From Nitrosopumilus sp. (GTDB lineage: Archaea; Thermoproteota; Nitrososphaeria; Nitrososphaerales; Nitrosopumilaceae): a stretch of DNA of 64,000 bases. This document shows, one piece after another, positions 21,079 to 31,633 of the stretch. The notes beneath the pieces were generated by a model that was not told the DNA's origin, ran no database searches, and saw only the letters and a list, made by a program, of their open reading frames with translations. Position 1 is the first letter of the stretch; the number at the start of each line of letters is the position of its first letter. Location of the stretch: contig OZ241857.1 of the NCBI GenBank assembly GCA_965203315.1, positions 864,001 to 928,000 on the forward strand, in the 5' to 3' direction. A program made the translations under genes and the position numbers.

Positions 21079-21218
21079 TTATTTAAAGTTAGGTTAAGAT
21101 CGTCATAGACGTAATTATTGAGACATTTATGATATACATGGATGTTTTTTGTGCATATCTGCTGTGTCATTACCAGTATGATCTCTACGTTCATAATGTT
21201 TGATTGGATGTACAACAC

Positions 21219-21881
21219 ATGGATATCATAAAGTATGACATGTATCGAGGGCCCAACCTAGGTGTATATGCAAAAGCGAATGACGATATACTACTAGTGC
21301 CCATGGGTTTTGCAGAGTCCAAAGCAGAGGCGTTGGCCGAGTATCTACAGGTATCTTACCAATATGTATCGATAGCAAACACACGATTGATCGGCGCACT
21401 AGCGGTTATGAATAATACAGGAATGTTGATTCCCAAGACTGCGTTTCAGAACGAGTATGAACGCCTGCAAGAGATCGGGCTAGAGATCGGTATACTCGAC
21501 TCTAAATTTACGGCACTTGGAAATATGATATGTGCGAACGACAAAGGAGCTGTCGTGTCGCCATTGTTGAGTAGATCAGACTGTAATGCAATATCAGATG
21601 TGTTGGGAGTAGAGGTGTATCAGAGAAGGATATCAGGGTTCTATCAGACAGGTGCAGTAATGGTTGCAAACAATACTGGCGCAGTTATCCACCCTGAAGC
21701 AGACGAAGAAGATATGAAGACTTTTGCAAATGTACTTGGAGTAAAGATTGAACACTGCTCGATAAATAACGGCATACCATATGTTGCGTCAGGCATAATC
21801 GCAAATAATCACAACATCATAGTCGGCACGCTCACTACAGGACCAGAGATCATGATGATCACTAGAGCATTTCTAAATTGA
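21219..21881 (+). CDS. eif6: Translation initiation factor aIF6
   Basis: Pentein repeats, GNMICANDKGA, GTLTTGPE; ATG start MDIIKY. Confidence 0.93.
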   Translation: MDIIKYDMYRGPNLGVYAKANDDILLVPMGFAESKAEALAEYLQVSYQYVSIANTRLIGALAVMNNTGMLIPKTAFQNEYERLQEIGLEIGILDSKFTALGNMICANDKGAVVSPLLSRSDCNAISDVLGVEVYQRRISGFYQTGAVMVANNTGAVIHPEADEEDMKTFANVLGVKIEHCSINNGIPYVASGIIANNHNIIVGTLTTGPEIMMITRAFLN

Positions 21882-23148
21882 GAGTAGATATAGGATCTTT
21901 GGTCAATTGTTCTAACGATATTGTCTTCTCTTTGCCACCTCGCATGTCATGTACAATTACCTTGTTATCTTTGATCTCTCGTGGTCCGACAACTAGTGCA
22001 TATTGTGTGCGTTGAGCATACTCGAACTGTTTCTTGATGTTACGTCCTACAAGATCGATATCAGTAGGTATATTGTATGATCGAAGTGCAGAGGCGATGT
22101 TACAAGCTATATCTTTCACAGTATCGTTTACATAGATTACAGCGACTCGATCTTTTAATCGAGTTTTAAAGAGTTGATGTTCACGCATGGTCATGATTAT
22201 TCTCTCAACACCACCTGCAACACCTGCTGCCGCAATATCATCTCGGCCAAATGCTGCTGGTAGTGTATCATATCTTCCACCACCTGCTAGTGCTCCAAGT
22301 TTAGACTTTTTGTCAAAGACTTCAAAGACCATTCCAGTATAGTAATCCAAACCTCGAACTATACCAAAGTTTATGCGAATATTAGATATCATTCGATTCT
22401 GAAGAGTTGAGAATAACGTCTTTAACTCGTCCCAAGATTGTAGTTGAGACGTATCCATCTGTGACTCGATCTCAGATGTAGTTCCTCTAATCTGTGCAAA
22501 GGCAAGTATCTCTTTTAATTTTGTAGAGTCGTATCCCTTTGCTGCAAACTCTGCGAGAATATCATCCTTTGATTTCTTTGTAGTCTTGTCCATAGCACGT
22601 AACATGTCAGATACTAGTTCAGGGTTGTTTGAACCAAAGACTCTAGCGATATGAGACTCGACTAGATTACGATGGTTGATATCGATTATGACGTCGGATA
22701 GTCCTAGTGATGCAAAGAGTCGCGATGTCATCTCTACTAGCTCGGCATCTGTTTCAAGATTCTTTTTTCCGTATATCTCAAAGTCCCATTGATGAAAGTA
22801 ACGATAACGACCTCTTTGTGGTTCGTCATATCTAAAGACACCACCAAATGACGATACTTTGATGGGAAGTCTGAGCGAGCGCTGTGATGATACGTATCTA
22901 GTCAATCCCATTGTAAAGTCGAATCGAAGTGCGATCTCTCGTTGTCCTTTGTCTTTAAAGTAGTATATCTCATCTCGTATTGTAGGGCCTGATTTTGTTT
23001 CAAGGGTCTCAAGTGACTCGATAGGGGATGGATCCATAAATGAGAATCCATACAGATCAGATACTCTCTTGAATAAATGTCGTACATATTCGATATCTGA
23101 CATCTCTTGCGCCTCAAAATCTTTCATGCCACGAGGTAATTCCAACAT
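21862..23148 (-). CDS. hisS: Histidyl-tRNA synthetase
   Basis: LPRGMKDF, FRYDEPQRGRYRYFHQ, RGLDYYTG, GGGRYD. Confidence 0.97.
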   Translation of the reverse strand: MLELPRGMKDFEAQEMSDIEYVRHLFKRVSDLYGFSFMDPSPIESLETLETKSGPTIRDEIYYFKDKGQREIALRFDFTMGLTRYVSSQRSLRLPIKVSSFGGVFRYDEPQRGRYRYFHQWDFEIYGKKNLETDAELVEMTSRLFASLGLSDVIIDINHRNLVESHIARVFGSNNPELVSDMLRAMDKTTKKSKDDILAEFAAKGYDSTKLKEILAFAQIRGTTSEIESQMDTSQLQSWDELKTLFSTLQNRMISNIRINFGIVRGLDYYTGMVFEVFDKKSKLGALAGGGRYDTLPAAFGRDDIAAAGVAGGVERIIMTMREHQLFKTRLKDRVAVIYVNDTVKDIACNIASALRSYNIPTDIDLVGRNIKKQFEYAQRTQYALVVGPREIKDNKVIVHDMRGGKEKTISLEQLTKDPISTLNLEML

Positions 23149-23405
23149 ACTAGAGGCAAAGAATATCGTGATTTAGATTTTGCTAAATCAATGTACATGT
23201 GGTGTCGCAATGTGATGTCATAAATCTCATAATGTGTAAAGTGAATTTTGTGTAATGGTAGCTACGATGTAACATTTTGTTATCAACAATGCCCAATTCA
23301 ATTCTCGTCCAGTCTACAATCTGTTCAAGGTATTGTTGACAGTAAAGTGAATTTTCCAAGGGATGACTCATTCGTGTTGAGAACAAATTGGATGTCGGTG
23401 TTCCC

Positions 23406-23483
23406 ATATCTTTTTGGGTTTGCGAGGGATGGAATTTTTACTGAAGTCATGAGATGTCATATCACGTAAATCAAAAAAGATCC
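23406..23483. mobile_element. Short internally deleted family-B-like MITE
   Basis: ATATCTTTTTGGGTTTGCGAGGGATG...CACGTAAATCAAAAAAGATCC ends. Confidence 0.5.
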
Positions 23484-23536
23484 TAGTCACGTTACTGTAA
23501 TATGACTAGTGTCATGTAAACAGAACAGCGATTTAA

Positions 23537-24073
23537 TCATAGATGATCAACTGCGAGACCCAAACCTTCTCCAAAGTAGTAACCTGCCAAGAGTGTTCCT
23601 GCAGACCATAGTAGAGAGCCTGCAAAGGTGTAGATCAGAAATTTAGGTATGTTCATGCGTAATAACCCAGCTGGTATCGAGATCATCTCGCGCATTACCG
23701 GAACCATTCGTCCTAGAAAGACTGCCTTGTCACCATACTTTTCAAACCATCTCTCAACCCTGTCTAACTTTGCTTCTGACATTCTGATATACTTGAGATA
23801 ACGTAACAGTACTATTCGTCCTAGCTTGAGAGCGATAAAGTAGATCGCAGATGTGCCGATGGTCGCTCCAGAGCCACCCAACAAGATCATCGGAATTATC
23901 TCGATCGGGGTTAGACCTTGTTGACTTGCAATAAATCCTGCTGTAGGAAATACTGCCAAGGTTGGAATTGGTGGAAATATAGTCTCAGCGAGTGCGGCAA
24001 GGAATATTCCTTCATAGAGATAGGATCCTAAAAAGTCAGATAGCCACACCAGAAAAGAGTCAAAGGGTTCCAT
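23537..24073 (-). CDS. DedA family membrane protein
   Basis: ETIFPPIP, FLGRMVPVMREMISIPAG. Confidence 0.93.
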   Translation of the reverse strand: MEPFDSFLVWLSDFLGSYLYEGIFLAALAETIFPPIPTLAVFPTAGFIASQQGLTPIEIIPMILLGGSGATIGTSAIYFIALKLGRIVLLRYLKYIRMSEAKLDRVERWFEKYGDKAVFLGRMVPVMREMISIPAGLLRMNIPKFLIYTFAGSLLWSAGTLLAGYYFGEGLGLAVDHL

Positions 24074-24288
24074 CTGTTTTTGACAATCGAGATCTTACTA
24101 AATTACTTTGTGTTATAGTTTCTGTAAATTTTGACTAGTCAACATATTATCCAAGTTACTTACCAGATTAGTATGTTGTGAATTAGTATCTTGAGATTTG
24201 TGTAGGTGACGAGTGCCAAAGATACGGTTTGATTTTGAATTCGGCCACAAATAACACTCTAGGATCTCTGATCATAAATTATAACACA

Positions 24289-27200
24289 TTACCAGAAACG
24301 CCACCATGGTTTTGGCTTTGGTTTGTCTTCTAGCACGCATCTGCCATCTACTAGTTTAGTTCCTTCACCACATACTTGTTCCTCAGGTTCTGGCAAGCCA
24401 ACTGCTTCATAGATGGAGTCGTACTGGGGATAGTTTTTGTCGAACCAACTCTTGAATGTTGAATCGGTACTATATCGATCCACGTACATCTCTGGATCGT
24501 CACCTTCTTTTACAAAGTTGGCGATGGGTTTGGCAGGAACTGGCTTTGTAGCATTCGGTGTAGCTGGTACTACTGGTACCGGCTTGTTGGGATCAGGTAG
24601 ACCAACTGCTTCATAGATGGAGTCGTATTGTGGATAGTTTGTATCAAACCAACTCTTGAATGAGTCTGCTTCATTGTTGTATCGATCTACATATGTCTGT
24701 GGATTCTCACCTTCTTTTACAAAGTCAGCGATTGGTTTGGATGGTTTAGTCTCTACAGGTGTTGTTGGTACCGGCTTGTTGGGATCAGGTAGACCAACTG
24801 CTTCATAGATGGAGTCGTATTGTGGATAGTTTGTATCAAACCAACTCTTGAATGAGTCTGCTTCATTGTTGTATCGATCTACATATGTCTGTGGATTCTC
24901 ACCTTCTTTTACAAAGTCAGCGATTGGTTTGGATGGTTTAGTCTCTACAGGTGTTGTTGGTACCGGCTTGTTGGGATCAGGTAGACCAACTGCTTCATAG
25001 ATGGAGTCGTATTGTGGATAGTTTGTATCAAACCAACTCTTGAATGAGTCTGCTTCATTGTTGTATCGATCTACATATGTCTGTGGATTCTCACCTTCTT
25101 TTACAAAGTCAGCGATTGGTTTGGATGGTTTAGTCTCTACAGGTGTTGTTGGTACCGGCTTGTTGGGATCAGGTAGACCAACTGCTTCATAGATGGAGTC
25201 GTATTGTGGATAGTTTGTATCAAACCAACTCTTGAATGAGTCTGCTTCATTGTTGTATCGATCTACATATGTCTGTGGATTCTCACCTTCTTTTACAAAG
25301 TCAGCGATTGGTTTGGATGGTTTAGTCTCTACAGGTGTTGTTGGTACCGGCTTGTTGGGATCAGGTAGACCAACTGCTTCATAGATGGAGTCGTATTGTG
25401 GATAGTTTGTATCAAACCAACTCTTGAATGAGTCTGCTTCATTGTTGTATCGATCTACATATGTCTGTGGGTTGTCACCTTCTTTTACAAAGTCAGCGAT
25501 GGGTTTAGGTTTACTAGGTTCTGGTTCTTTGGCTTGTACTACTTTGACAGGTTTAGGTTCTGGCTTTGCATTCTCATCTATACTATCTCTTACCTCGATC
25601 GTAATCGGTTCTGTATCTCTCAATCCACTTTGACTAGCAACTATCTCAAAGCTATACGTCTTTCCACCATCTGTCTTTGAAGGCTGCCATGTAAATTTGC
25701 CACTGCTCTCATTTATGCTAGCACCTTTTGGTGCTTTACTAAGAGCAAATTTATGACCACCTATTGAACTATCAGTAAGTTTTGCTGTAAACGAGATCGA
25801 CTTTTCTTCATCAGATGTGATCTTTTGTACTGGACTTATCTCTAATACGGTCTTCTTTGTAGCAATAGTTGCCTCATTTGATGCACTCTCACTCTTTCCG
25901 ATAGCATTGATTGCAAATACTTTGTAAGCATATGTTGTGCCCTCGTCTATATTTCTATGCGAGTATGTAGTAGATGAACTATTTGTGTTTTGAACCAAAG
26001 TTATGAATGAATTAGAACCCTTCTTGGACTCTATCTGATAACCGGTTATAGGCGTGTTTCCATCGTTGGACGGTGCTCTCCACGTAAGTGTGATCTCTGT
26101 CGAACTCTTTGCTGTCGCCTTTAGATCCCTTGGTTGATCAGGCGCAGTCTTTACGACTCGAGTCGCTTCTACTGGTGTGAGGTTAACATCTTTAGAGTCA
26201 CTCTTTGGCGTAGCAGATACTTTCGGAGCCTCATCTCCGCCACCAATTAAAGCGCTACCTACAGAGAGCTTTGCTGCAATCCTATACGAGTATTCTGTAT
26301 TTACAGTAAGACCAGATACGGTATGTGTGGTCACATCTGCTCTCGTTGTACCTATTTCGGAACCCGTATCACCAGTCGATAGTACTCCAAATATCTTATA
26401 TCCATTAATGGTAACTCCCTGAGGTATATTGGATGGTGGAAACCATGACATCTTTATTGAATTAGGACTATTGGGCACTGCTACGCCTATTGGTTGAGTT
26501 GTTCTTGTTGGTGTGACTTGTGATGATGTTGTTGCTGAACTTGTACCGTCAGAATTAATTGCGTATACCCGGTAGGTGTACTTTCTGTCACTATCTAATC
26601 CCTTGTGTACAAATAGTATTGATGAACTAGATGTATCATCTGTGATTACTTCGTAATCTCTTTGGGTGTCACTCTTGTACTCTATTTTGTATCCTGTAAT
26701 CGCTGGAACAGTACTTGCTAAATTAGGAACATTCCATTTGAGCAATATAGATGTGGGAGAGAGTGGAATGGCCTGTACATTTTGAGGAACAGTTGACGTA
26801 GTTGTAGATCTAGTCGTGGTTGTAGTTGTGGTGGTTGTCGTATTAGATCCTGAACGTGTTGGATCTACACTCAATACTTGTACTCTATCATTTCCAAAGT
26901 CTGCCACATACAAGAGATCATCTCTTGTATCTAATGCAAGTCCCATCGGTGACTTGAATTGACCATTAGACGTTCCTTCACGGCCGAATTTTTCTACAAA
27001 GCATATACCATTTTTAATCTTTGTGGTTCCATTTGGGCACTCTGCAGAATCAACGAGTTTGAAGGATTGAATTCGATTATTGCCTGTATCTGATACATAT
27101 AGCAGGTCGTTTGTTTCATCAATCGCAAGTCCTGATGGGTTTTTAAATTGACCATTATTGCTGCCGAAAGAACCAAAATTGTAATTGTCAACGTAGCATA

Positions 27201-27918
27201 GTTTACTGCCACTCTTTACTGCTGTATCACTAGGACAACTTCCACGATCAATAATTTTGAGTATTATGATCTCATTTCCCTCGGAGTTGGCGATATACAA
27301 CGTACTGTTACTGACCAACATTCCACTAGGATCGTTCAAGGAACGTAAATCTGTCTTGCTAAAACTATAATCAGAGTTTTGGGCCCAGTTTCTATTATTG
27401 CCTGCAAATGCCATAATTCGATCTCGTTCAGCATCAGAAACAAATACTATTGTAGACGAACCTTCATGAACGGCTATTCCTTTTGGACCACCCAGATAAT
27501 CAGAATTGGTAGTAACATGTGTACCAAATGCTGTCACGAAATCGAGTCCATTATTAAAGACTTGAACGCGTTTATTACCTGCATCTAAAACAAATTTGTT
27601 ATTACTGGTACTATCGATAGCAGTAGGATTCTTGAACTTTCCATCACAGTCAGGACGGATTCCTGTGTTGTCACAAATGCTACCGGTAATAGAATTATGG
27701 CGATCGCCTATAAAGGTACTAATTCGATTATTTCCACTATCTACAATATTGACATTTACGACAGCTCCCCGTCTGTCTAGCAGAACGTCTGTAACGTTAT
27801 CTAGATTAGTATTTCCTGAACCGCTAGAACCTATATTGCTTGAAAATTGAATATCGGCATATGCCAAGGGTACTGCCATCACTACGATTACCAGCAATCC
27901 CATAATGATCTTATTCAA
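24289..27918 (-). CDS. Large secreted/surface protein: NHL propeller, three FN3, Ig-like domain, six ~64-aa repeats
   Basis: Signal peptide; GQFKNPSGLAID/YVSDTGNNRIQ NHL repeats; Thr-rich linker; ITGYKIE/YTYRVYAIN FN3; KPWWRFW end. Confidence 0.9.
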   Translation of the reverse strand: MNKIIMGLLVIVVMAVPLAYADIQFSSNIGSSGSGNTNLDNVTDVLLDRRGAVVNVNIVDSGNNRISTFIGDRHNSITGSICDNTGIRPDCDGKFKNPTAIDSTSNNKFVLDAGNKRVQVFNNGLDFVTAFGTHVTTNSDYLGGPKGIAVHEGSSTIVFVSDAERDRIMAFAGNNRNWAQNSDYSFSKTDLRSLNDPSGMLVSNSTLYIANSEGNEIIILKIIDRGSCPSDTAVKSGSKLCYVDNYNFGSFGSNNGQFKNPSGLAIDETNDLLYVSDTGNNRIQSFKLVDSAECPNGTTKIKNGICFVEKFGREGTSNGQFKSPMGLALDTRDDLLYVADFGNDRVQVLSVDPTRSGSNTTTTTTTTTTRSTTTSTVPQNVQAIPLSPTSILLKWNVPNLASTVPAITGYKIEYKSDTQRDYEVITDDTSSSSILFVHKGLDSDRKYTYRVYAINSDGTSSATTSSQVTPTRTTQPIGVAVPNSPNSIKMSWFPPSNIPQGVTINGYKIFGVLSTGDTGSEIGTTRADVTTHTVSGLTVNTEYSYRIAAKLSVGSALIGGGDEAPKVSATPKSDSKDVNLTPVEATRVVKTAPDQPRDLKATAKSSTEITLTWRAPSNDGNTPITGYQIESKKGSNSFITLVQNTNSSSTTYSHRNIDEGTTYAYKVFAINAIGKSESASNEATIATKKTVLEISPVQKITSDEEKSISFTAKLTDSSIGGHKFALSKAPKGASINESSGKFTWQPSKTDGGKTYSFEIVASQSGLRDTEPITIEVRDSIDENAKPEPKPVKVVQAKEPEPSKPKPIADFVKEGDNPQTYVDRYNNEADSFKSWFDTNYPQYDSIYEAVGLPDPNKPVPTTPVETKPSKPIADFVKEGENPQTYVDRYNNEADSFKSWFDTNYPQYDSIYEAVGLPDPNKPVPTTPVETKPSKPIADFVKEGENPQTYVDRYNNEADSFKSWFDTNYPQYDSIYEAVGLPDPNKPVPTTPVETKPSKPIADFVKEGENPQTYVDRYNNEADSFKSWFDTNYPQYDSIYEAVGLPDPNKPVPTTPVETKPSKPIADFVKEGENPQTYVDRYNNEADSFKSWFDTNYPQYDSIYEAVGLPDPNKPVPVVPATPNATKPVPAKPIANFVKEGDDPEMYVDRYSTDSTFKSWFDKNYPQYDSIYEAVGLPEPEEQVCGEGTKLVDGRCVLEDKPKPKPWWRFW
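24390..25500. repeat. 192-bp tandem repeat array (five near-identical units plus one diverged unit)
   Basis: GGTACCGGCTTGTTGGGATCAGG recurs at about 24575, 24767, 24959, 25151 and 25343. Confidence 0.95.
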
Positions 27919-28073
27919 ACTATGATTTCATCATATCATCTTTTTATTAAATTTGAGAACAACTTTCTTGATCCATTTACTCAATTGTGTTAAAGCTAAT
28001 TTTTTCTCAACTGCCTCTCCACACAGTGGATCTCTAGTAATCTGGTGCTAGAACAGACGCAGGTATGCTGACG

Positions 28074-28487
28074 TTAGAGATCTAGTAGAAACTTCATGTA
28101 TACTCGTGTGTTACGTCTGATCTCCATCTCGTAAAACGTAGGTGCCTTTATCTCTACCTTAAAGTTGTGTCTCTTGACGTCTAGTGGCTCTCCGAAAGCG
28201 ATAGCGTTGATGGTATATGTGTCATCCTTGAGTTCAAATTCTATCCTTCTTATCGCAAATCCTTCCGTGACTAGTATGAATGGTATCTCTTCCAGCCAAC
28301 TAAACAAGAGATATCTCAAGTCTTTGCCACTAGCAGTAAACTCTCTCTTATCTATCTCTTTGACATTATCTTGATCAATGGTCAGGTTGATCACTGCGTC
28401 TGCGGCTAGCTTGAACGCTTCTTTGATATCCTTTGCGTCGATCTCTATTATTGCATCAGTTGCATGATCTAAAAATCTATAGCTCAT
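28074..28487 (-). CDS. Archease
   Basis: YRFLDHATD...EIKAPTF...LDL. Confidence 0.93.
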   Translation of the reverse strand: MSYRFLDHATDAIIEIDAKDIKEAFKLAADAVINLTIDQDNVKEIDKREFTASGKDLRYLLFSWLEEIPFILVTEGFAIRRIEFELKDDTYTINAIAFGEPLDVKRHNFKVEIKAPTFYEMEIRRNTRVYMKFLLDL

Positions 28488-28558
28488 CTACCTCTACTTG
28501 CTCATCTTTTATCTAAACTATACTTTCTACGATATCTTTGATCTTAACGCCCGGTATC

Positions 28559-29017
28559 CTACATAGTTGGAGTAATCTCTGCACTTCCGAATAATACTCC
28601 AAATGGTTTGCACCAAACCAAAACTTTGTTGTATTTATCGAGGTCTACGCCGTCTGGAATATCGTAATTTTGATCACCTTGGTTTGCTTTTAGTGAGCCC
28701 AAGTTTACGAAATCTTTCGCGTCAATGTCTGCTGACAAATACACATATAGATCAGGACCGTTTGTGGACCTAAAGTTCTCCAAGCGCAGTACTGTATTAC
28801 CATCTTTGAGGGGAATGGTATACGCATCACCTTGTGCATCATGGATGCCATCCCCTACACCAACAAACGTTCCACTATACGATACTGCACTCAACTCTCC
28901 GTCGCTCATATTCTCTGGTAGTTCTTCAATAACTGTGGACTCTGTAAAGTACGGAGAAAGAAATGCAGCTGCTGTCACACCCACTATGATGATACCAATA
29001 ATGATAATCTTATTCAT
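28559..29017 (-). CDS. DM13 domain protein, membrane anchored
   Basis: NGPDLYVYLS, GDQNYDIP, VWCKPFGVLFG; start reassigned to MNKIII. Confidence 0.9.
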   Translation of the reverse strand: MNKIIIIGIIIVGVTAAAFLSPYFTESTVIEELPENMSDGELSAVSYSGTFVGVGDGIHDAQGDAYTIPLKDGNTVLRLENFRSTNGPDLYVYLSADIDAKDFVNLGSLKANQGDQNYDIPDGVDLDKYNKVLVWCKPFGVLFGSAEITPTM

Positions 29018-29156
29018 AACTCGGAAATAGTAGCGGGATATATAGCAATTATCATGGTCCAGCATTTTGGGTTTTGATATTTTACAACGCAGATCGAAAT
29101 ACTCGCCCATATGATTATTCTAATTTTATGCAAAGTTAGAAGCGTGGTTTGGTGTC

Positions 29157-29272
29157 GGATCTTTTGTTCGTGTGGGATGACGTTTCGCAAGGCTTTTTCT
29201 GTAATCTTCACTTCTAGAATCTTGTAGTGCTTTTTCTGTAACCATTCTATTCCACGTAAACCATAGAGATCC
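29157..29272. mobile_element. MITE family B copy
   Basis: GGATCTTTTGTTCGTGTGGGATG...CCACGTAAACCATAGAGATCC. Confidence 0.82.
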
Positions 29273-29320
29273 AGTTTTGGTAGACCATAAAATTTAAGAT
29301 AAGACGAATGTAGGTAAAGT

Positions 29321-30226
29321 ATGAGATTGTCAAGTAGGGCAAACAAGATACACGAAGAAGAACAAATCAGTATTGTAACAATGCAGGTATCGGAGCTAAT
29401 AAGAGAAGGTAAACGTGAAAGGATTCTAGATCTCTGTAATGACATACTTGCAAGAAATCCAGATGTTGCAATTGCACATCAATTCAAAGCTATGCATTTT
29501 AACGATCGAGGAAGACATGATGTTGCACTCGGTCACTGCGATGATGCAATACGGTGTGCTAGTCAAGCCTACAAACCAGTATATCTTGCCACAAAAGCAG
29601 CCATGTTGTATGATGCTGGCAAATATGATAAAGCTCTAGAATTTGCAGACAAGACTATGGATAGTGGACTAGACGATAGATCCTTGTTTGGTATTAAAGG
29701 ACTAGTATTGCATCAAAGATATAACAGAGATCCAAGCCCAGACCTTGCAAAAGAGATCCTGTACTATTATGACAAAGCTCTAGAATACAATCCGATCTAT
29801 AATACTCCCGATGATATTACAAACCATGAAGTATTTGATGTTCTACAAGCTGACTATAGTGACCAAGTTCTACACGGCAAGGGACTGTTATTATTTGATC
29901 TAAAAAAGTATAATCCAGCACTCAGGTGTTTTGAAGAGGAACTAACAACAGATCCTGATAATGTAAAGACTTTGACAAACAAGGCAACAGCGCTATATCG
30001 TGTTGGCAAAAACGAGGAATCAATAAAATGTTGTAGGCATCTGGCAAAACTAGATCCACGAGATCCTGACATATTGTATTCTCTTTGTGCGAGGTTTTAT
30101 GGTCTAGAACTCTATGATGAGGCACTCGATACCATAAATACTGCAATAAATCTAGATCCTTCTAATTCCAAAGGCGAAAAATACAGACGTGTCATCGAGT
30201 CAAAACTAGAGTCAAAGAATTGCTGA
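29321..30226 (+). CDS. Tetratricopeptide repeat protein
   Basis: Multiple TPR consensus units (YDKALE, KGLLLFDLKKYNPALRCF, DP.N). Confidence 0.9.
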   Translation: MRLSSRANKIHEEEQISIVTMQVSELIREGKRERILDLCNDILARNPDVAIAHQFKAMHFNDRGRHDVALGHCDDAIRCASQAYKPVYLATKAAMLYDAGKYDKALEFADKTMDSGLDDRSLFGIKGLVLHQRYNRDPSPDLAKEILYYYDKALEYNPIYNTPDDITNHEVFDVLQADYSDQVLHGKGLLLFDLKKYNPALRCFEEELTTDPDNVKTLTNKATALYRVGKNEESIKCCRHLAKLDPRDPDILYSLCARFYGLELYDEALDTINTAINLDPSNSKGEKYRRVIESKLESKNC

Positions 30227-30327
30227 ATCAAGTATTTGATTGTGTTATTGTTGAGATTCTACCGTCTGATTATGTAGACCGAACAAATGTAAGATCGTTT
30301 TCTGGTACAAGTTTAAGCCCTGACAGA

Positions 30328-30432
30328 GGATTCTTCGATTTAAATGGAATAGTATTTCGCAAGGCTTTTTTTCTAATTTTCCCTTATAGAATCTTGTAAT
30401 ATTTTCTGTAACCGTTCATCAACCAAAGATCC
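30328..30432. mobile_element. MITE family B copy
   Basis: GGATTCTTCGATTTAAATGG...AACCAAAGATCC; core TTTCGCAAGGCTTTTT...GAATCTTGTA. Confidence 0.8.
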
Positions 30433-30612
30433 GACATGTTTTGTCTAAAAGTAATTTGTACATGTCTTTAGTTGTTGTCTTTTCTTGAGTATCTAGACTT
30501 ACTCAAACGGTTTGTCAGGTATCTTTAGTTTTCTTCCACGACCGCCCTTGTCTTCCAAACCCAGAATACTCTCTTCGCTAAATCGATTGAGCCAACAGTA
30601 TACTGTACGTTC
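30433..30612 (-). pseudogene. IS630-family transposase HTH fragment
   Basis: Manual translation ERTVYCWLNRFSEESILGLEDKGGRGRK; bounded on both sides by MITEs. Confidence 0.7.
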
Positions 30613-30789
30613 GGTTCTGTTCAATTGACGTGGGTTGAGATCGTTATGACGTTATCTCAAAGAACGCAATAATATTTGACTCAAAACAGCAACAATTTAC
30701 GATAGTCGATATGAGGCCGTTTCCATGTTTTGTAAAATTTTTCGAGAATTTTGTGCAGAAAACACTAGCCCCATCAAATGAACAGAACC
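30613..30789. mobile_element. MITE family A copy
   Basis: GGTTCTGTTCAATTGACG...CCCCATCAAATGAACAGAACC TIRs; internal similarity to 640-817 and 45291-45476. Confidence 0.85.
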
Positions 30790-30918
30790 GATATTTGTGA
30801 CAAGTGTATCAATTCCATCATATGACTAGTGTTTATCATTATGAATATAGCAACAGTTCAATATCATGGATACATATCTGTAGAATCAGAGTATCTTTTA
30901 ACTATAAAGATACAATAT

Positions 30919-31071
30919 ATGAACATGGGAAAACTCGCTAGAAACCTAAGAATCTGTGGAGACTGTGGAGTTGCGTACACATCGGTAAGTTTGACTAGAT
31001 ATATTGACCAATGCCCAGTATGCAAATCATGTAGATTTGAAAGTATTCCGATAAAGTCTAGTGATGACTAG
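30919..31071 (+). CDS. Small zinc-ribbon protein
   Basis: CGDCG...CPVC; start reassigned. Confidence 0.7.
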   Translation: MNMGKLARNLRICGDCGVAYTSVSLTRYIDQCPVCKSCRFESIPIKSSDD

Positions 31072-31101
31072 ATTTTTTAAGAGACTTCAATCATGTAACA
31101 T

Positions 31102-31494
31102 ATGACTGATGATCCAGAGATCGAGCAGATAAAACAGAGAAAGTTAGCAGAGATGTTGAGACAGAGTCAGATCGACCCAGGCATAATAGATCTGAACGAC
31201 GCAAACTTTTTACAAATTATATCATCAGAGACACCAACGTTAGTAGACTTTTGGGCTGATTGGTGTGGACCCTGCAAGATGATGCATCCCATATTTGAGA
31301 GTCTAGACAAGAAATATCCCAAAATAAAATTTGCCAGAGTAAATGTAGATCAGAATCAAGGAATCGCCATGAAATACAACGTACAGTCTATTCCCACATT
31401 TATAATGTTCAGGTCAGGTCTAGCAGTAGATAAGATGATGGGTGCAGTAGGCGCTCCAGGCATCCACATGATATGTAAAAAATATTCAGAATGA
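31102..31494 (+). CDS. trxA: Thioredoxin
   Basis: WCGPC active site. Confidence 0.95.
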   Translation: MTDDPEIEQIKQRKLAEMLRQSQIDPGIIDLNDANFLQIISSETPTLVDFWADWCGPCKMMHPIFESLDKKYPKIKFARVNVDQNQGIAMKYNVQSIPTFIMFRSGLAVDKMMGAVGAPGIHMICKKYSE

Positions 31495-31633
31495 TATCAT
31501 CGTGGTATTTCTAGATATACAGCCTGAATTTGATTTTCTCGTTAGTTATAGATTTCCAAGACATGTCTTATTGACTTGCCATTGATATCTTTGATCAAAT
31601 TGGACTGTATGGTGTCTGATCATATACGACACA

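Noticed and set aside
23150-23405. 14-bp direct repeat GTAAAGTGAATTTT and short ORFs
   Set aside because: Only two copies and no recognisable product
24390-25500. 192-bp repeats as a CRISPR array
   Set aside because: No unique spacers, units are in-frame protein repeats, and no cas genes are present
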